From: an uncultured candidatus Porisulfidus sp.
Lineage (GTDB): Bacteria; Pseudomonadota; Gammaproteobacteria; Poriferisulfidales; Poriferisulfidaceae
DNA length: 64,000 nt
NCBI GenBank assembly: GCA_965204575.1
Contig: OZ241993.1
Location: forward strand, 416,001-480,000
Reading direction: 5' to 3'
Shown one piece after another: positions 44,425-54,275 of this stretch. Within the stretch, counting starts at the first letter, position 1. Every line of letters starts with the position of its first letter. Made by a program: the position numbers and the translations under genes. A model generated the notes under the pieces. The model worked only from the letters and a program-made list of their open reading frames with translations, made no database searches and was not told the origin of the DNA.

Positions 44425-45759
44425 ATGAATTCCGGCGACACGATCGTCGCTTTGTCCACCCCGCCCGGGCGCGGCGCACTCGCCCTGATTCGCGCGAGTG
44501 GCCCCCAGGTTCCGGACCTGACCCGCCAACTCAACGGTGGGGTGCTTCCCGCACCTCGCGCCGCTTCTCTTCGGGTGCTTCACGACGCCCAGGGCCGCAC
44601 GCTGGATCAGGGCGTGCTGACGTTCTACCCGGCTCCCGCTTCGGCCACCGGCGAAGACGTACTGGAAATCTCCTGCCACGGTGCACCCGCAGTCGTCGAG
44701 GCCTTGCTGTTCCGTTTGCGTTCGCTGGGCGTACGCCCGGCCGAACCCGGCGAATTCAGTCGACGGGCATTCGAGGCCGGGAAGATGGATCTGGCTCAGG
44801 CCCAGGCGGTCGCCGACCTGATCGCCGCGACCACGGGACGGGCGGCCCGGTGCGCCGCAAGGGTGCTAAAAGGCGATATTTCACGCGAAATATCATCTAT
44901 CTTGCAGGAAATAGTCGATATCAGGGTCTATATTGAAGGGGCTTTGGACTTTCCTGACGAAGATGTGGACTGGCTGGCGGAATCCGATTTCGGCACCCGG
45001 TTATCAGCACTTTCGGACAAGGTGGAACAATTGGTTCGTCGGGCGCGACAGGGGCGGACGGTCGCCGCGGGAATCCGCTTGGCGCTGCTCGGCCCGCCCA
45101 ATGTCGGCAAGTCCAGCCTGCTTAATCATTTCACCGGCGCCGACACGGCAATCGTGACCGCGCAGCCCGGCACCACCCGGGATGTGCTGACGGCCTCGTT
45201 CCAGATCGACGGCATTCCACTGATCCTGGCCGACACCGCCGGCATTCGTGCGGCGGAGGCCGAAGCGGAGATTGAGGGGATCCGCCGCAGCTGGCGTGCC
45301 GCCGAGGAAGCCGACCTGATTTTGCAGATGTTCGACGCTCATGCCGGCTGGAACGAAGACGATCAAGAAATAAAGAATCGTTTGCCGGAACGCCCCGCCT
45401 TGATCCTGGCCAACAAATGCGACTTGCTGCCCGACGGAATTCCCGGATCCGGACCCGAAGAAGCCATCCGCCTGTCGGCGAGACTCGGCCACGGAATCGA
45501 AACGCTCAAGCAACGGATCATCCAACTGCTGGAACTTGAAAATGCGCTGGAGGAAGACGAATTCATGGCGCACCAGCGGCAGATCGACGCCTTGCTTGAG
45601 ACCGGCGAAGCATTGAAACGCGCCGCCCAGGCCCAGGGTGGCGAACTGATTGCGGAAGAACTTCGCCTCGCACAGGAGGCCTTGGGTGCCTTGACCGGCG
45701 AATTCACCGCCGACGATCTGCTCGGGGAAATCTTCAGCCGGTTCTGCATCGGAAAATGA
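44425..45759 (+). CDS. mnmE: tRNA modification GTPase
   Basis: DTIVALSTPPG, TGED, GPPNVGKSS, GTTRD, DTAG and C-terminal FCIGK. Confidence 0.98.
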   Translation: MNSGDTIVALSTPPGRGALALIRASGPQVPDLTRQLNGGVLPAPRAASLRVLHDAQGRTLDQGVLTFYPAPASATGEDVLEISCHGAPAVVEALLFRLRSLGVRPAEPGEFSRRAFEAGKMDLAQAQAVADLIAATTGRAARCAARVLKGDISREISSILQEIVDIRVYIEGALDFPDEDVDWLAESDFGTRLSALSDKVEQLVRRARQGRTVAAGIRLALLGPPNVGKSSLLNHFTGADTAIVTAQPGTTRDVLTASFQIDGIPLILADTAGIRAAEAEAEIEGIRRSWRAAEEADLILQMFDAHAGWNEDDQEIKNRLPERPALILANKCDLLPDGIPGSGPEEAIRLSARLGHGIETLKQRIIQLLELENALEEDEFMAHQRQIDALLETGEALKRAAQAQGGELIAEELRLAQEALGALTGEFTADDLLGEIFSRFCIGK

Positions 45760-45843
45760 AAACCCTGTCTCTTGTCATAAGTCGGTAACAGCAAATCCCC
45801 ATACTCTCCCGGCACCGCACCCGCGGCTGATTAAATCTCTTCC

Positions 45844-46515
45844 ATGCAACCGACTTTAGCCCGGCGCCTGACCGCCGAATTCCTCGGCACGCTCTTCCTG
45901 CTGGCCACCGTGGTCGGGTCCGGCATCATGGGCGAGACTTTGGCCGGTGGCAACGACGCCATCGCGCTTCTCGGCAACACACTCGCGACTGGCGCCATCC
46001 TTGCCGTGCTGATCCTGGTTTACGGCCCGGTCTCGGGAGGCCATTTCAATCCCGCGGTCACCCTCGGGTTCCTGATCCACAGGGAAATCGCTCCGCGCGC
46101 CTCTCTCGCTTACGTGTCCGTGCAGATTGCCGGAGGGTTGTGCGGGGTCTGGCTCGCGCATGTCATGTTCGGTGAGCCGGCGTTCACGGCATCGCTCAAC
46201 GCGCGCACCGGCATTGGCGTCTGGGTCGGCGAATTCATGGCGACTTTCGGTCTCTTGGCCACCATATTCGGATGCTTGCGCTACTGCGCGGCCGCAGTGC
46301 CGTACGCGGTTGGGCTGTTTATCTCCGCCGGCTACTGGTTCACTTCATCGACCTCCTTCGCAAATCCTGCCGTCACGATCGCCCGTTCGTTCACTGATAC
46401 GTTCTCCGGAATACGGCCGGAAGACGCCCCGTGGTTCATCCTCATGCAACTGTTCGGGGCCATCGTGGCCACCATGGTGATGGGCTGGCTGCTTCACAAG
46501 CCTGCCGAGAAGTAG
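45844..46515 (+). CDS. MIP/aquaporin family channel (AqpS-like)
   Basis: SGGHFNPAVT and YWFTSSTSFANPAVT. Confidence 0.9.
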   Translation: MQPTLARRLTAEFLGTLFLLATVVGSGIMGETLAGGNDAIALLGNTLATGAILAVLILVYGPVSGGHFNPAVTLGFLIHREIAPRASLAYVSVQIAGGLCGVWLAHVMFGEPAFTASLNARTGIGVWVGEFMATFGLLATIFGCLRYCAAAVPYAVGLFISAGYWFTSSTSFANPAVTIARSFTDTFSGIRPEDAPWFILMQLFGAIVATMVMGWLLHKPAEK

Positions 46516-46570
46516 AATACGGTTCGGATTCTAACGCCTCCGCCAACGCTGGCGGAACCTTGTTTTTCCG

Positions 46571-48028
46571 ATGATCGTCGGCTCTTTCATTTTCTTCCTG
46601 GCCCTGTTCCTGGGCATCGGGCTGTACGCGCACCTGCACTCGCGTCATAGCCACCGCGACTACCTGCTGGCCAGCCAAGAGACTCCGCCCTGGCTTGCGG
46701 GGCTTTCGGCCGGCGCAACCGCCAACAGCGGCTACATGTTCACCGGCCTGATCGGTTATGCCTATCTGGTCGGCTTGCCTTCCATCTGGTTGGGGCTTGG
46801 AATGATCATCGGCGACATCGTCGCCTCGTCCTTCATCCACCGCCGCCTGCGTTCGGTCACGAACATGGGGCAAGCCGAGACCTACGCCGGCATCCTCAGC
46901 CACTGGAATGGCACGGACTTTCGAATGTATCGTCATCTGGCCGGATTCGTGTCCCTGATTTTCTTGTCCACGTATGCGGCGGCACAGTTCGTGGCTGGCA
47001 GCAAGGCGCTGCATGTGCTGTTTGGCTGGGAAGAATTCGTCGGAGCCCTGATCGGCGCGGCCATCGTGGCGAGCTACAGTTGGGCCGGAGGAATCCGGGC
47101 TTCGATCTGGACGGATGCCCTGCAAGCCATCGTCATGATGGTGGCGATGATCGTGCTGCTTGTGATCGCACTTGATTTCATGGGCGGGATATCCGCTGCC
47201 TGGGCTGCGTTGGATGCGGTCTCTCCGACACACATGGACCTGATTCCCCCGGACCTGCAGTTCGGCGCACTGGGGCCGTTGCTGTTCGGCCTGGGCTGGG
47301 TCGTCGCGGGGTTCTGCGTTGTTGGGCAACCGCACATCATGGTGCGCTTCATGACGCTGGACCGTTTGGAAAACACCAACCGGGCACGCGCCTACTACTA
47401 CGCCTGGACATTCCTGTTCGGCTTGGTCGCCACTGCCATGGGGCTTTTGACCCGGGTCCTGCTTCCCCCCGATATCGTGTTTGATGCCGAGTTGGCGCTG
47501 CCGACCGTGGCGCTTGATTTGCTTCCGGGAATCCTGGTGGGAGTCGTGATAGCAGGAATGTTCGCCGCCACCCTTTCTACGGCCGACTCCCTGATCCTGA
47601 GTTGCGCCGCGAACCTGACCGATGATTTCGCCCCGGAAGATCGCCTGCCTCTGGTCATCGTCAGGGGCGGCACGCTCCTGATGACACTGGTGGCATTGGC
47701 CATCGCCCTGTCCGGGGATCAGAGCGTCTTTACGCTGGTGATTCTTGCCTGGTCCATGATGGGGGCGGTGTTTGCCCCCTTGATCACCGTGTACGCGCTA
47801 GGCGGGCGGCCGAACCAGCCGCTGGCGATCGCCATGCTGGTCTCTGCTGTTGCCTGCGTCGTGCTCTGGCAGATGACTCCGGAGCTCGCGCTCTACTACA
47901 AGGGATTCCTCGGTTTCATTGTCGGCTTTGTGGTGTATCTGATCGGCAGCCGCCTCGGTCTGACCATCGGAAAATCCGACACGGCTAGGGATTCTTTCCT
48001 GCACCATGCCGAGACAGAGAGGCACTGA
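46571..48028 (+). CDS. Sodium:solute (proline-type) symporter
   Basis: DYLLA, ANSGYMF, GGIRASIWTD and GQPHIMVRFM. Confidence 0.88.
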   Translation: MIVGSFIFFLALFLGIGLYAHLHSRHSHRDYLLASQETPPWLAGLSAGATANSGYMFTGLIGYAYLVGLPSIWLGLGMIIGDIVASSFIHRRLRSVTNMGQAETYAGILSHWNGTDFRMYRHLAGFVSLIFLSTYAAAQFVAGSKALHVLFGWEEFVGALIGAAIVASYSWAGGIRASIWTDALQAIVMMVAMIVLLVIALDFMGGISAAWAALDAVSPTHMDLIPPDLQFGALGPLLFGLGWVVAGFCVVGQPHIMVRFMTLDRLENTNRARAYYYAWTFLFGLVATAMGLLTRVLLPPDIVFDAELALPTVALDLLPGILVGVVIAGMFAATLSTADSLILSCAANLTDDFAPEDRLPLVIVRGGTLLMTLVALAIALSGDQSVFTLVILAWSMMGAVFAPLITVYALGGRPNQPLAIAMLVSAVACVVLWQMTPELALYYKGFLGFIVGFVVYLIGSRLGLTIGKSDTARDSFLHHAETERH

Positions 48029-48049
48029 GCCGGAAGTGCGGCTCTTATC

Positions 48050-48676
48050 TCACGAAACTGACGTCCCGTTCTCCAAGTACGTGCGCAAGGCGTCGCGAGC
48101 CGCCTCAAGCCCAAGGCCGGTGCGGGCCGACACCAGACTGACCGGCAGTTCGTCCCAATCCTGAAGCGCTTTCCGTAAATCGATCAGGGTGCGCTGTGCC
48201 TTGGAGCGCGACAACTTGTCCGCCTTGTTCAGCAAGACATGCACGGGTAAACCCACGGCGCTGCACCATTCCAGCAACTGCTGGTCGCTGTCGCGCAACG
48301 GGTGGCGGATATCCATGAGCAGCATCAGGCGAACCAGGCTTTGCCGGCCTCGAAGATATCCTTCCACCATGCGTTGCCAGCCTGCACGCTCGGTTTTGGA
48401 CGCACGCGCGAAGCCATAGCCCGGCAGGTCCACCAGGCGGCGTGTTTCGTCCACGGCAAAAAAATGGAGCAGGCGGGTTCGACCCGGGTCCGCACTGGTC
48501 CGCGCCAGCGCGCGCCGTTCGCAAAGAGCATTAATCACGCTCGATTTGCCGACATTGGAACGCCCGGCAAAGGCCACTTCCACCCCTTGGTCCGGCGGGC
48601 AGTCTCCCACCTTAGGATGCCCGGACAGGTAGGCAGTCTGGCGCAGATCCAAAATCCGCGGGAAATCCTTAGTCAA
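48050..48676 (-). CDS. engB: Ribosome biogenesis GTPase YihA/YsxC
   Basis: AGRSNVGKSS, PGRT, DLPGYG and NKADK. Confidence 0.95.
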   Translation of the reverse strand: MTKDFPRILDLRQTAYLSGHPKVGDCPPDQGVEVAFAGRSNVGKSSVINALCERRALARTSADPGRTRLLHFFAVDETRRLVDLPGYGFARASKTERAGWQRMVEGYLRGRQSLVRLMLLMDIRHPLRDSDQQLLEWCSAVGLPVHVLLNKADKLSRSKAQRTLIDLRKALQDWDELPVSLVSARTGLGLEAARDALRTYLENGTSVS

Positions 48677-48706
48677 TCTGTCACCGCCCTGCCATTCGAT
48701 CGGGCT

Positions 48707-49171
48707 TCACGATCCCGGCTCGTGAAGGAATTGTACGATTCCGTCACCCGCCTCGTCAGGGGACAATTCCACCGTATTGATGTGCAATTCCAGGTTCTCC
48801 GGGGGCTCGTAGGGAGAATCGATGCCGGTGAAGTGCGGCAACTCGCCTCTCCGGGCCTTTGCTCGTTCTGCACGAAACGGGAAGATGATGGCGACGATGG
48901 CGACCAGGCCGGCAACCACCATCAGCTTGGCGACCTCGGAGACCCGGCGGATGTCCTCTACCCGGTCAGCAGGCGTAAAGTCGAGATCCCGGCTCAGCCC
49001 GAGCCGGATATTGTCCCCGTCCATAAGGTACGTATGCTGGCCCAGAGCTTCAAGCTTTTTCTCCAGCAGACCCGCGATTGTCGATTTGCCGGCGCAAGGC
49101 AGGCCCGTCAGCCAGAGGATGCGAGGCTGTTGGTTCAAGGCACGCGCCCGCGTGGCTTTGTTGATGCTCAT
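48707..49171 (-). pseudogene. cysC: Adenylyl-sulfate kinase domain with an internal in-frame deletion
   Basis: [18 protein letters not shown] and FTGIDSPYE present, but FRAER is joined directly to AKARRG, without the F.EVFVDTPL...RDPKGLY segment. Confidence 0.75.
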
Positions 49172-49310
49172 CCGAAGCCTTGCTCTCGATCACGGAAAGT
49201 CCATTCTAGCGATATTCTTGGCTGCGCTTTGGCTTCGACCCGAACTGCGGCCGAGAAGAGCGATTTTGCTACAATGGCGCGCCTGTATGGGATACCCTTC
49301 CAGCTAATCA

Positions 49311-49940
49311 ATGATTCGGCACTGGATCTGGGCGGCGCTCGCGCCCGGCATCGTTTTTATGGCATCCCCGGCCTTCGCCGAGGGCGATCCCGCTGCCGGA
49401 CAAGCCCGCGCGACCGTTTGCGCGGCCTGCCATGGCGTCGATGGAAACAGCATCAACCCGGAATGGCCCAGCCTGGCCGGGCAGGGCGCCGCCTACATGG
49501 TGACCCAGTTGAAACGGTTCCAGTCCGGCGATCGCGAAAACGTTTTGATGCAACCGCAGGCTGTCCTGCTGTCCGAACAAGATATTCTGGACGTGTCTGC
49601 CTTTTACGCAACGCAAACACCCAAGATCGGTGTTGCCCAGGCCGATACCAAAACCCTGGAGCTGGGTGAACTGGTTTACCGCGGCGGCATTCTCGACCGG
49701 AACATACCGGCCTGCATCTCCTGCCACGGCCCGACCGGCGCCGGCAATGACCCTGCCGAGTTTCCGCGGCTGGCCGGCCAACATGCCACCTATACCATCC
49801 TGCAGTTGAAATCCTTCCGCGAAGGATTCGAGGCGCACAAGCTCCACACCCGGCAGAATCCCATGATGAACGAGGTGGCAGCCAAAATGACCGACGAGGA
49901 AATCGAGGCTGTCGCACACTATATTTCCGGCTTGTATTGA
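49311..49940 (+). CDS. Diheme cytochrome c4
   Basis: Signal peptide; two CxxCH motifs (CAACH, CISCH); LAGQ motifs. Confidence 0.93.
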   Translation: MIRHWIWAALAPGIVFMASPAFAEGDPAAGQARATVCAACHGVDGNSINPEWPSLAGQGAAYMVTQLKRFQSGDRENVLMQPQAVLLSEQDILDVSAFYATQTPKIGVAQADTKTLELGELVYRGGILDRNIPACISCHGPTGAGNDPAEFPRLAGQHATYTILQLKSFREGFEAHKLHTRQNPMMNEVAAKMTDEEIEAVAHYISGLY

Positions 49941-50605
49941 TGACTCCCTTGCGACTCGCCACGCTCGGGCTGGCGAGCCTGTTGACGGCCACCGCGCCCG
50001 CCCACGAAGCCGCGGATCATCCCGACTACAAGTTCGAAGAGGGCCAGCACTACACCGTGCTGGAGAATATCCCGCCTGCCGAAGTGCCGGAGGGAAAAAC
50101 CGAACTGATCGAATTCTTCTGGTACGGCTGTCCGCACTGCTACAGATTGGAACCGTTACTCAAGCCCTGGCTTGAGGAGCGAACCGACACGGTTCACGTG
50201 CGGCTCGTCCCGGCCGTCTTCAGTGCACGATGGGTGGTGGGTGCCCGGGTGTACTACACCTTGGAATTGATGGATCGATTGGATCTGCACCCCATCGTCT
50301 TCAACCTCGTACATGAGCAGGGCCGCCCGCTGCAGTCCGGTGAAGGGGTCGGGCGCATGCTGGAAATCTTTGAGATTGACCCGGAGGCTTTCGCGGAGAC
50401 GTTCCGCTCGCAGGCGGTCACCGACCGACTGGAAGAGGCGCGGGAATTGCCTAAGGCCTACGGCATCGACGGTGTGCCGGCTCTAGCCGTAGACGGACGA
50501 TACCGGATCACGACCCGAAACGCGACGAATTACCAGATGCTTCTGGATATCACAGATTTTCTGATTCACGAAGGGATTTACATACAAGACGATCCAAAAA
50601 AGTAA
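49937..50605 (+). CDS. dsbA: Thiol:disulfide interchange protein DsbA
   Basis: EFFWYGCPHC and GVP cis-Pro loop. Confidence 0.92.
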   Translation: MMTPLRLATLGLASLLTATAPAHEAADHPDYKFEEGQHYTVLENIPPAEVPEGKTELIEFFWYGCPHCYRLEPLLKPWLEERTDTVHVRLVPAVFSARWVVGARVYYTLELMDRLDLHPIVFNLVHEQGRPLQSGEGVGRMLEIFEIDPEAFAETFRSQAVTDRLEEARELPKAYGIDGVPALAVDGRYRITTRNATNYQMLLDITDFLIHEGIYIQDDPKK

Positions 50606-50682
50606 GGCCCCCGCATAGACAGTGCCGGGGGGCCTTTGGAAATGCCGCACACGGCGGCTTTGCTACTGTCAACCGTGTGCGA
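50596..50682 (-). ncRNA. Candidate small RNA 2 downstream of polA
   Basis: Upstream GGAACTA-17-TCTAG promoter-like motif (50714-50686); hairpin GCACACGG...CCGTGTGC; terminator hairpin (50604-50636) plus U-run. Confidence 0.45.
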
Positions 50683-50754
50683 ATGCTAGATGGGATCGTC
50701 TAGCGTGTAGTTCCCTTCACGAAAAGCCCTGAGCCTCAGGGCTCACCGACTTCC

Positions 50755-50886
50755 AAAAAACAAGCAGCGACCTCGGCGGCATGCCCGGGGTCTGCTGGCT
50801 TTAAGGGGGAGGTGGCTCCGGTGCAAACAGAGGGCTTTGAACCGGAGCCGAACCGTACCCGACAGGGGATCCCGGATACGGTGATA
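50755..50886 (-). ncRNA. Candidate small RNA 1 downstream of polA (sX13/ErsA-like position and architecture)
   Basis: Three stem-loops with C-rich single-stranded parts (ATCCCCT, CCCTCT, CCTCCCCCT) ending in TTGTTTTTT; preceded by GGAACTT-16-TCTCAA. Confidence 0.6.
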
Positions 50887-50890
50887 ACCA

Positions 50891-50919
50891 TTGAGAGGCG
50901 ACGCGGATCGAAAAGTTCC
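50891..50919 (-). promoter_or_regulatory. sigmaE/AlgU-type promoter
   Basis: GGAACTT (50919-50913), 16-bp spacer, TCTCAA (50896-50891). Confidence 0.6.
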
Positions 50920-50968
50920 AGCCCTCTCGACTTGTAGTGTACCGCATACTGCACTTCCCCGCTACCGG

Positions 50969-53686
50969 TCAGTGCGCCTGATCCCAGTTGTCCCCGGAAC
51001 AGATGTCGACCACCATCGGAACGTCCAGTTCTCCGACTCTTTCCATTCGCTCCCTGAGACCGTCGGCGATCTCCTCGATTTTCGCGCTCGGGACTTCCGC
51101 AACCAGTTCGTCATGCACCTGGAGAATGAGCGCGCAGTCCGGATGTTCTGTCTTCAACCATCCGTGTACGTCGATCATGGCCCGCTTGATGATATCCGCT
51201 GCAGTCCCCTGCATGGGAGCATTGATCGCGGTGCGTTCCGCATACATGCGCTGGTTGTAGTTGCGTGAAGAGATGCCGTCGACATGCAGCCGTCGGCCGA
51301 GCACCGTCTCCACGTAGCCCCGTTCGCGCGCTTGTTCGCGTGTCCGGTTCATGTAGTTGAGGACTTCCGGGTAGCGCTCGAAATAGGTTTTCACGTAATC
51401 TTCCGCCTGGTTCCGGCCAATGCGCAGTTGCCGGGCAAGACCGAACCCGCTCATGCCGTACATCAATCCAAAATTGATGGCTTTCGCCGTACGGCGCTGG
51501 TCCGGCGTGACCGCATCATGGGTGATCCCGAATATTTCTGCGGCCGTCGCCCGGTGCACGTCGCCCTTGTCCCGGAAGGCCTGGCACAAGGTCGGGTCTT
51601 TCGAGATGTGGGCCATGATGCGGAGTTCGATCTGCGAATAGTCGGCCGCAATCAGGACACATCCCGGGCGTGCGACGAATGCCTGGCGGACCCGCCGGCC
51701 CTGTTCCGTCCGGATCGGGATGTTCTGCAGGTTCGGGTCGGACGAAGACAGCCGTCCGGTCGCCGTGACCGCCTGGTGGAACGAGGTATGCAGGCGCCCG
51801 GTTTCGGGATTGATCATCTGCGGCAGCTTGCCCACATAAGTCGACAGCAGCTTGGTCTGCTGCCGGTAATTCACGATCATGCCTGGTAAAACGTCCAACG
51901 CCGCCAATTCCTCCAGCACATCCTCGGCCGTGGACGGCGCGCCCTTGGGAGTCTTCCGCAATGGCTCCAAACCGCGTTCTTCGAACAGCACCTTTTGCAA
52001 TTCCTGGGTCGAGTTCAGGTTCAACTCGCGCCCGCATTCGCGGGTTATCCCTTCCTTCAGCGCCTCCAGGTCTTCCTTCAATTCTTCCGACTGCCCCTGC
52101 AAGGCTTCCGTGTCGATCAACACGCCAACCCGTTCCATGTCTTCCAATACCCGGATCAGGGGCAGTTCCAACTGCTCGTAAACCGCCCGGAGGGTCGGGG
52201 CTTTCTGCAGACGGGGCCAGAAAGTCCGGTGCAGGCGCAGCGTCATGTCCGCATCTTCGGCCGCATACTGGCTAGCCGGGTCGATCGGCACTTCATCGAA
52301 GCCGATCTGCTTCTTCCCCGTTCCCGTGACCTCGCTGTAGCGAATGGTTTCCTCGTTCAGATACATTCGGGAGAGATTGTCCAGGCTGTGTCGGCTGGCG
52401 GTCGAGTTGTACACGTACGACTCGAGCATGCTGTCGTGAATCGGGCCGCTGACAGCGGCGCCATGACGCCGCAAGACTGCCAGGTCGTATTTGAAGTGAT
52501 GCCCGATCTTGTCTAGTTTCGGGTCGGTCAGCAACGGCTGCAGCCGCTCCAGCACTTGCTCCTGATCCAGTTGCGGCGGGGAGCCCAGCGCCGTATGGCG
52601 AAGCGGAATATAGGCGGCCTTGCCCGGTGCAGTCGCAAGAGAGACCCCGACCAACGCGGCGCGCTGAGGATCCAGGCTGGTGGTTTCCGTGTCCAGCGCA
52701 AAAGTGCCGGCTTCCCGCGCGGCAGCCACCCATCGGTCCAGATCCTCCAGGGTCAGGATCGCGGAATAGTTTCTCCTGCGGGCTCCCTGAGATGCCCCGC
52801 CAGAGCTTTCGGCAGTGGCATCCTTGGAGGCATGCAGCTCTCGAAGGAACGAGCGTAGATCATGCTCCTTGTACAGGGTCTCAAGCCGCGAGAAATCGAG
52901 AGGGCGGCGCGCCAGGTCGCGAGGCGACTGGTCCAGTTCGAGATCGACTCGAATCGTAACCAGCTTTCGATACAGCGGCAAATCGTCCAGGCTGGCCCGC
53001 AAGTTCTCGCCGGATTTTCCCCTGATCGAGTCCACGTTTTCAATGAGTTTCTCCAGCGATCCGTATTCCCGAAGCCATTTGGCCGATGTTTTCGGGCCCA
53101 CTTTGGGAACCCCCGGGATGTTGTCCACCGCATCGCCGGCCAGTGTCTGGTACTCGATGAATTGATCGGGGCGCACTTCGAACTTCTCCATCACCCGGGC
53201 CGCATCCATGGGCGGGCGATCGATATCGATCAGGGTCACGTGCTCCGTGACCAGTTGCGCCATGTCCTTGTCGCTGGAGAGGATGAGCACGTCCAAGCCC
53301 TCGGCCTCGCCCTTATGTGCCAGAGTGCCGATGACGTCGTCGGCTTCGACATCCGGCACAACCAGCAGGGGCAGGCCCAGTGCCTCGATGATCTGCTGCA
53401 GCGGTTCGATTTGCGCCCTCAGTTCCGGTTCCATCGGTTTCCGGTTGGCCTTGTATTCGGGATACAAATCGTGGCGGAAGTTTTTCCCCGGAGCATCCAT
53501 GACCACCGCCACATAAGCCGGAGTGGTCAGGCGCAACTGCCTTTGCAGGGTGTTGACCACGCCGAAAATGGCACCGGTCGGGCGCCCCCGGTGATCCGTC
53601 AGGCTGGAATGTACGTGGTAGGCGCGGTGCAGATAGGCGGAACCGTCAACCAGCAACAGGTTGGGCCGCGGTTGAGGATCAGCCAT
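50969..53686 (-). CDS. polA: DNA polymerase I
   Basis: LLLVDGS, EADDVI, DTETT, DYSQIELR, KAINFGLMYG and QVHDEL; start re-called at ATG 53686. Confidence 0.98.
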   Translation of the reverse strand: MADPQPRPNLLLVDGSAYLHRAYHVHSSLTDHRGRPTGAIFGVVNTLQRQLRLTTPAYVAVVMDAPGKNFRHDLYPEYKANRKPMEPELRAQIEPLQQIIEALGLPLLVVPDVEADDVIGTLAHKGEAEGLDVLILSSDKDMAQLVTEHVTLIDIDRPPMDAARVMEKFEVRPDQFIEYQTLAGDAVDNIPGVPKVGPKTSAKWLREYGSLEKLIENVDSIRGKSGENLRASLDDLPLYRKLVTIRVDLELDQSPRDLARRPLDFSRLETLYKEHDLRSFLRELHASKDATAESSGGASQGARRRNYSAILTLEDLDRWVAAAREAGTFALDTETTSLDPQRAALVGVSLATAPGKAAYIPLRHTALGSPPQLDQEQVLERLQPLLTDPKLDKIGHHFKYDLAVLRRHGAAVSGPIHDSMLESYVYNSTASRHSLDNLSRMYLNEETIRYSEVTGTGKKQIGFDEVPIDPASQYAAEDADMTLRLHRTFWPRLQKAPTLRAVYEQLELPLIRVLEDMERVGVLIDTEALQGQSEELKEDLEALKEGITRECGRELNLNSTQELQKVLFEERGLEPLRKTPKGAPSTAEDVLEELAALDVLPGMIVNYRQQTKLLSTYVGKLPQMINPETGRLHTSFHQAVTATGRLSSSDPNLQNIPIRTEQGRRVRQAFVARPGCVLIAADYSQIELRIMAHISKDPTLCQAFRDKGDVHRATAAEIFGITHDAVTPDQRRTAKAINFGLMYGMSGFGLARQLRIGRNQAEDYVKTYFERYPEVLNYMNRTREQARERGYVETVLGRRLHVDGISSRNYNQRMYAERTAINAPMQGTAADIIKRAMIDVHGWLKTEHPDCALILQVHDELVAEVPSAKIEEIADGLRERMERVGELDVPMVVDICSGDNWDQAH

Positions 53687-53776
53687 GTTAGGAAAGAGGT
53701 GTGGCGATACGAAGGAATTCCCCATATCATATAACGGCCCTCGCACCCCAAGGATCACTGCATTCCGATACCTGCC

Positions 53777-54193
53777 ATGGCCTCCCCACCCACTCTGCGC
53801 GACATTGAGGCGATGGCCGATCAGGCATTCGCTGAAATCCCGGATGAATTGGCACGCCACGCGACCGCGGTTGCAATTCATGTGTGCGACTTCCCCGACG
53901 AGGAGACATGCCGGACGATGGAACTGGAGAGCCCGTTCGACCTTCTTGGGCTTTACCACGGCGTCAGCCTGGATCAGAAATCAGTGGACGACCTGCCGCA
54001 GGACCTGGATCATGTCTACCTGTACCGGCGTCCGATACTGGAATACTGGGAAGAACAGGGCGGTGACCTGGCGGATCTGGTCCGCCAGATACTGCTGCAC
54101 GAAATCGGTCATCACTTCGGCTTCTCGGATGCGGAAATGGACCACATCTGCGCACAGGCACACCGGGAAGCAAAAGGAATAACAGCGGACTGA
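53777..54193 (+). CDS. Zincin-like metallopeptidase family protein
   Basis: LLGLYHG, LYRRPIL and HEIGHHFG. Confidence 0.85.
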   Translation: MASPPTLRDIEAMADQAFAEIPDELARHATAVAIHVCDFPDEETCRTMELESPFDLLGLYHGVSLDQKSVDDLPQDLDHVYLYRRPILEYWEEQGGDLADLVRQILLHEIGHHFGFSDAEMDHICAQAHREAKGITAD

Positions 54194-54275
54194 ACTGATG
54201 GGCTTCCGGCGTGGGGCCGCGTGGCTTTCCGCACGCGCCGATGCGGTACGATAAAGCGCTCGTTTTCAACTTTCC

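Noticed and set aside
50596-50930. Hairpin array as a CRISPR array, REP cluster or CsrB/Rsm-type RNA
   Set aside because: The hairpins differ in sequence with no repeat-spacer periodicity, and the loops on the promoter-bearing strand are C-rich rather than GGA.
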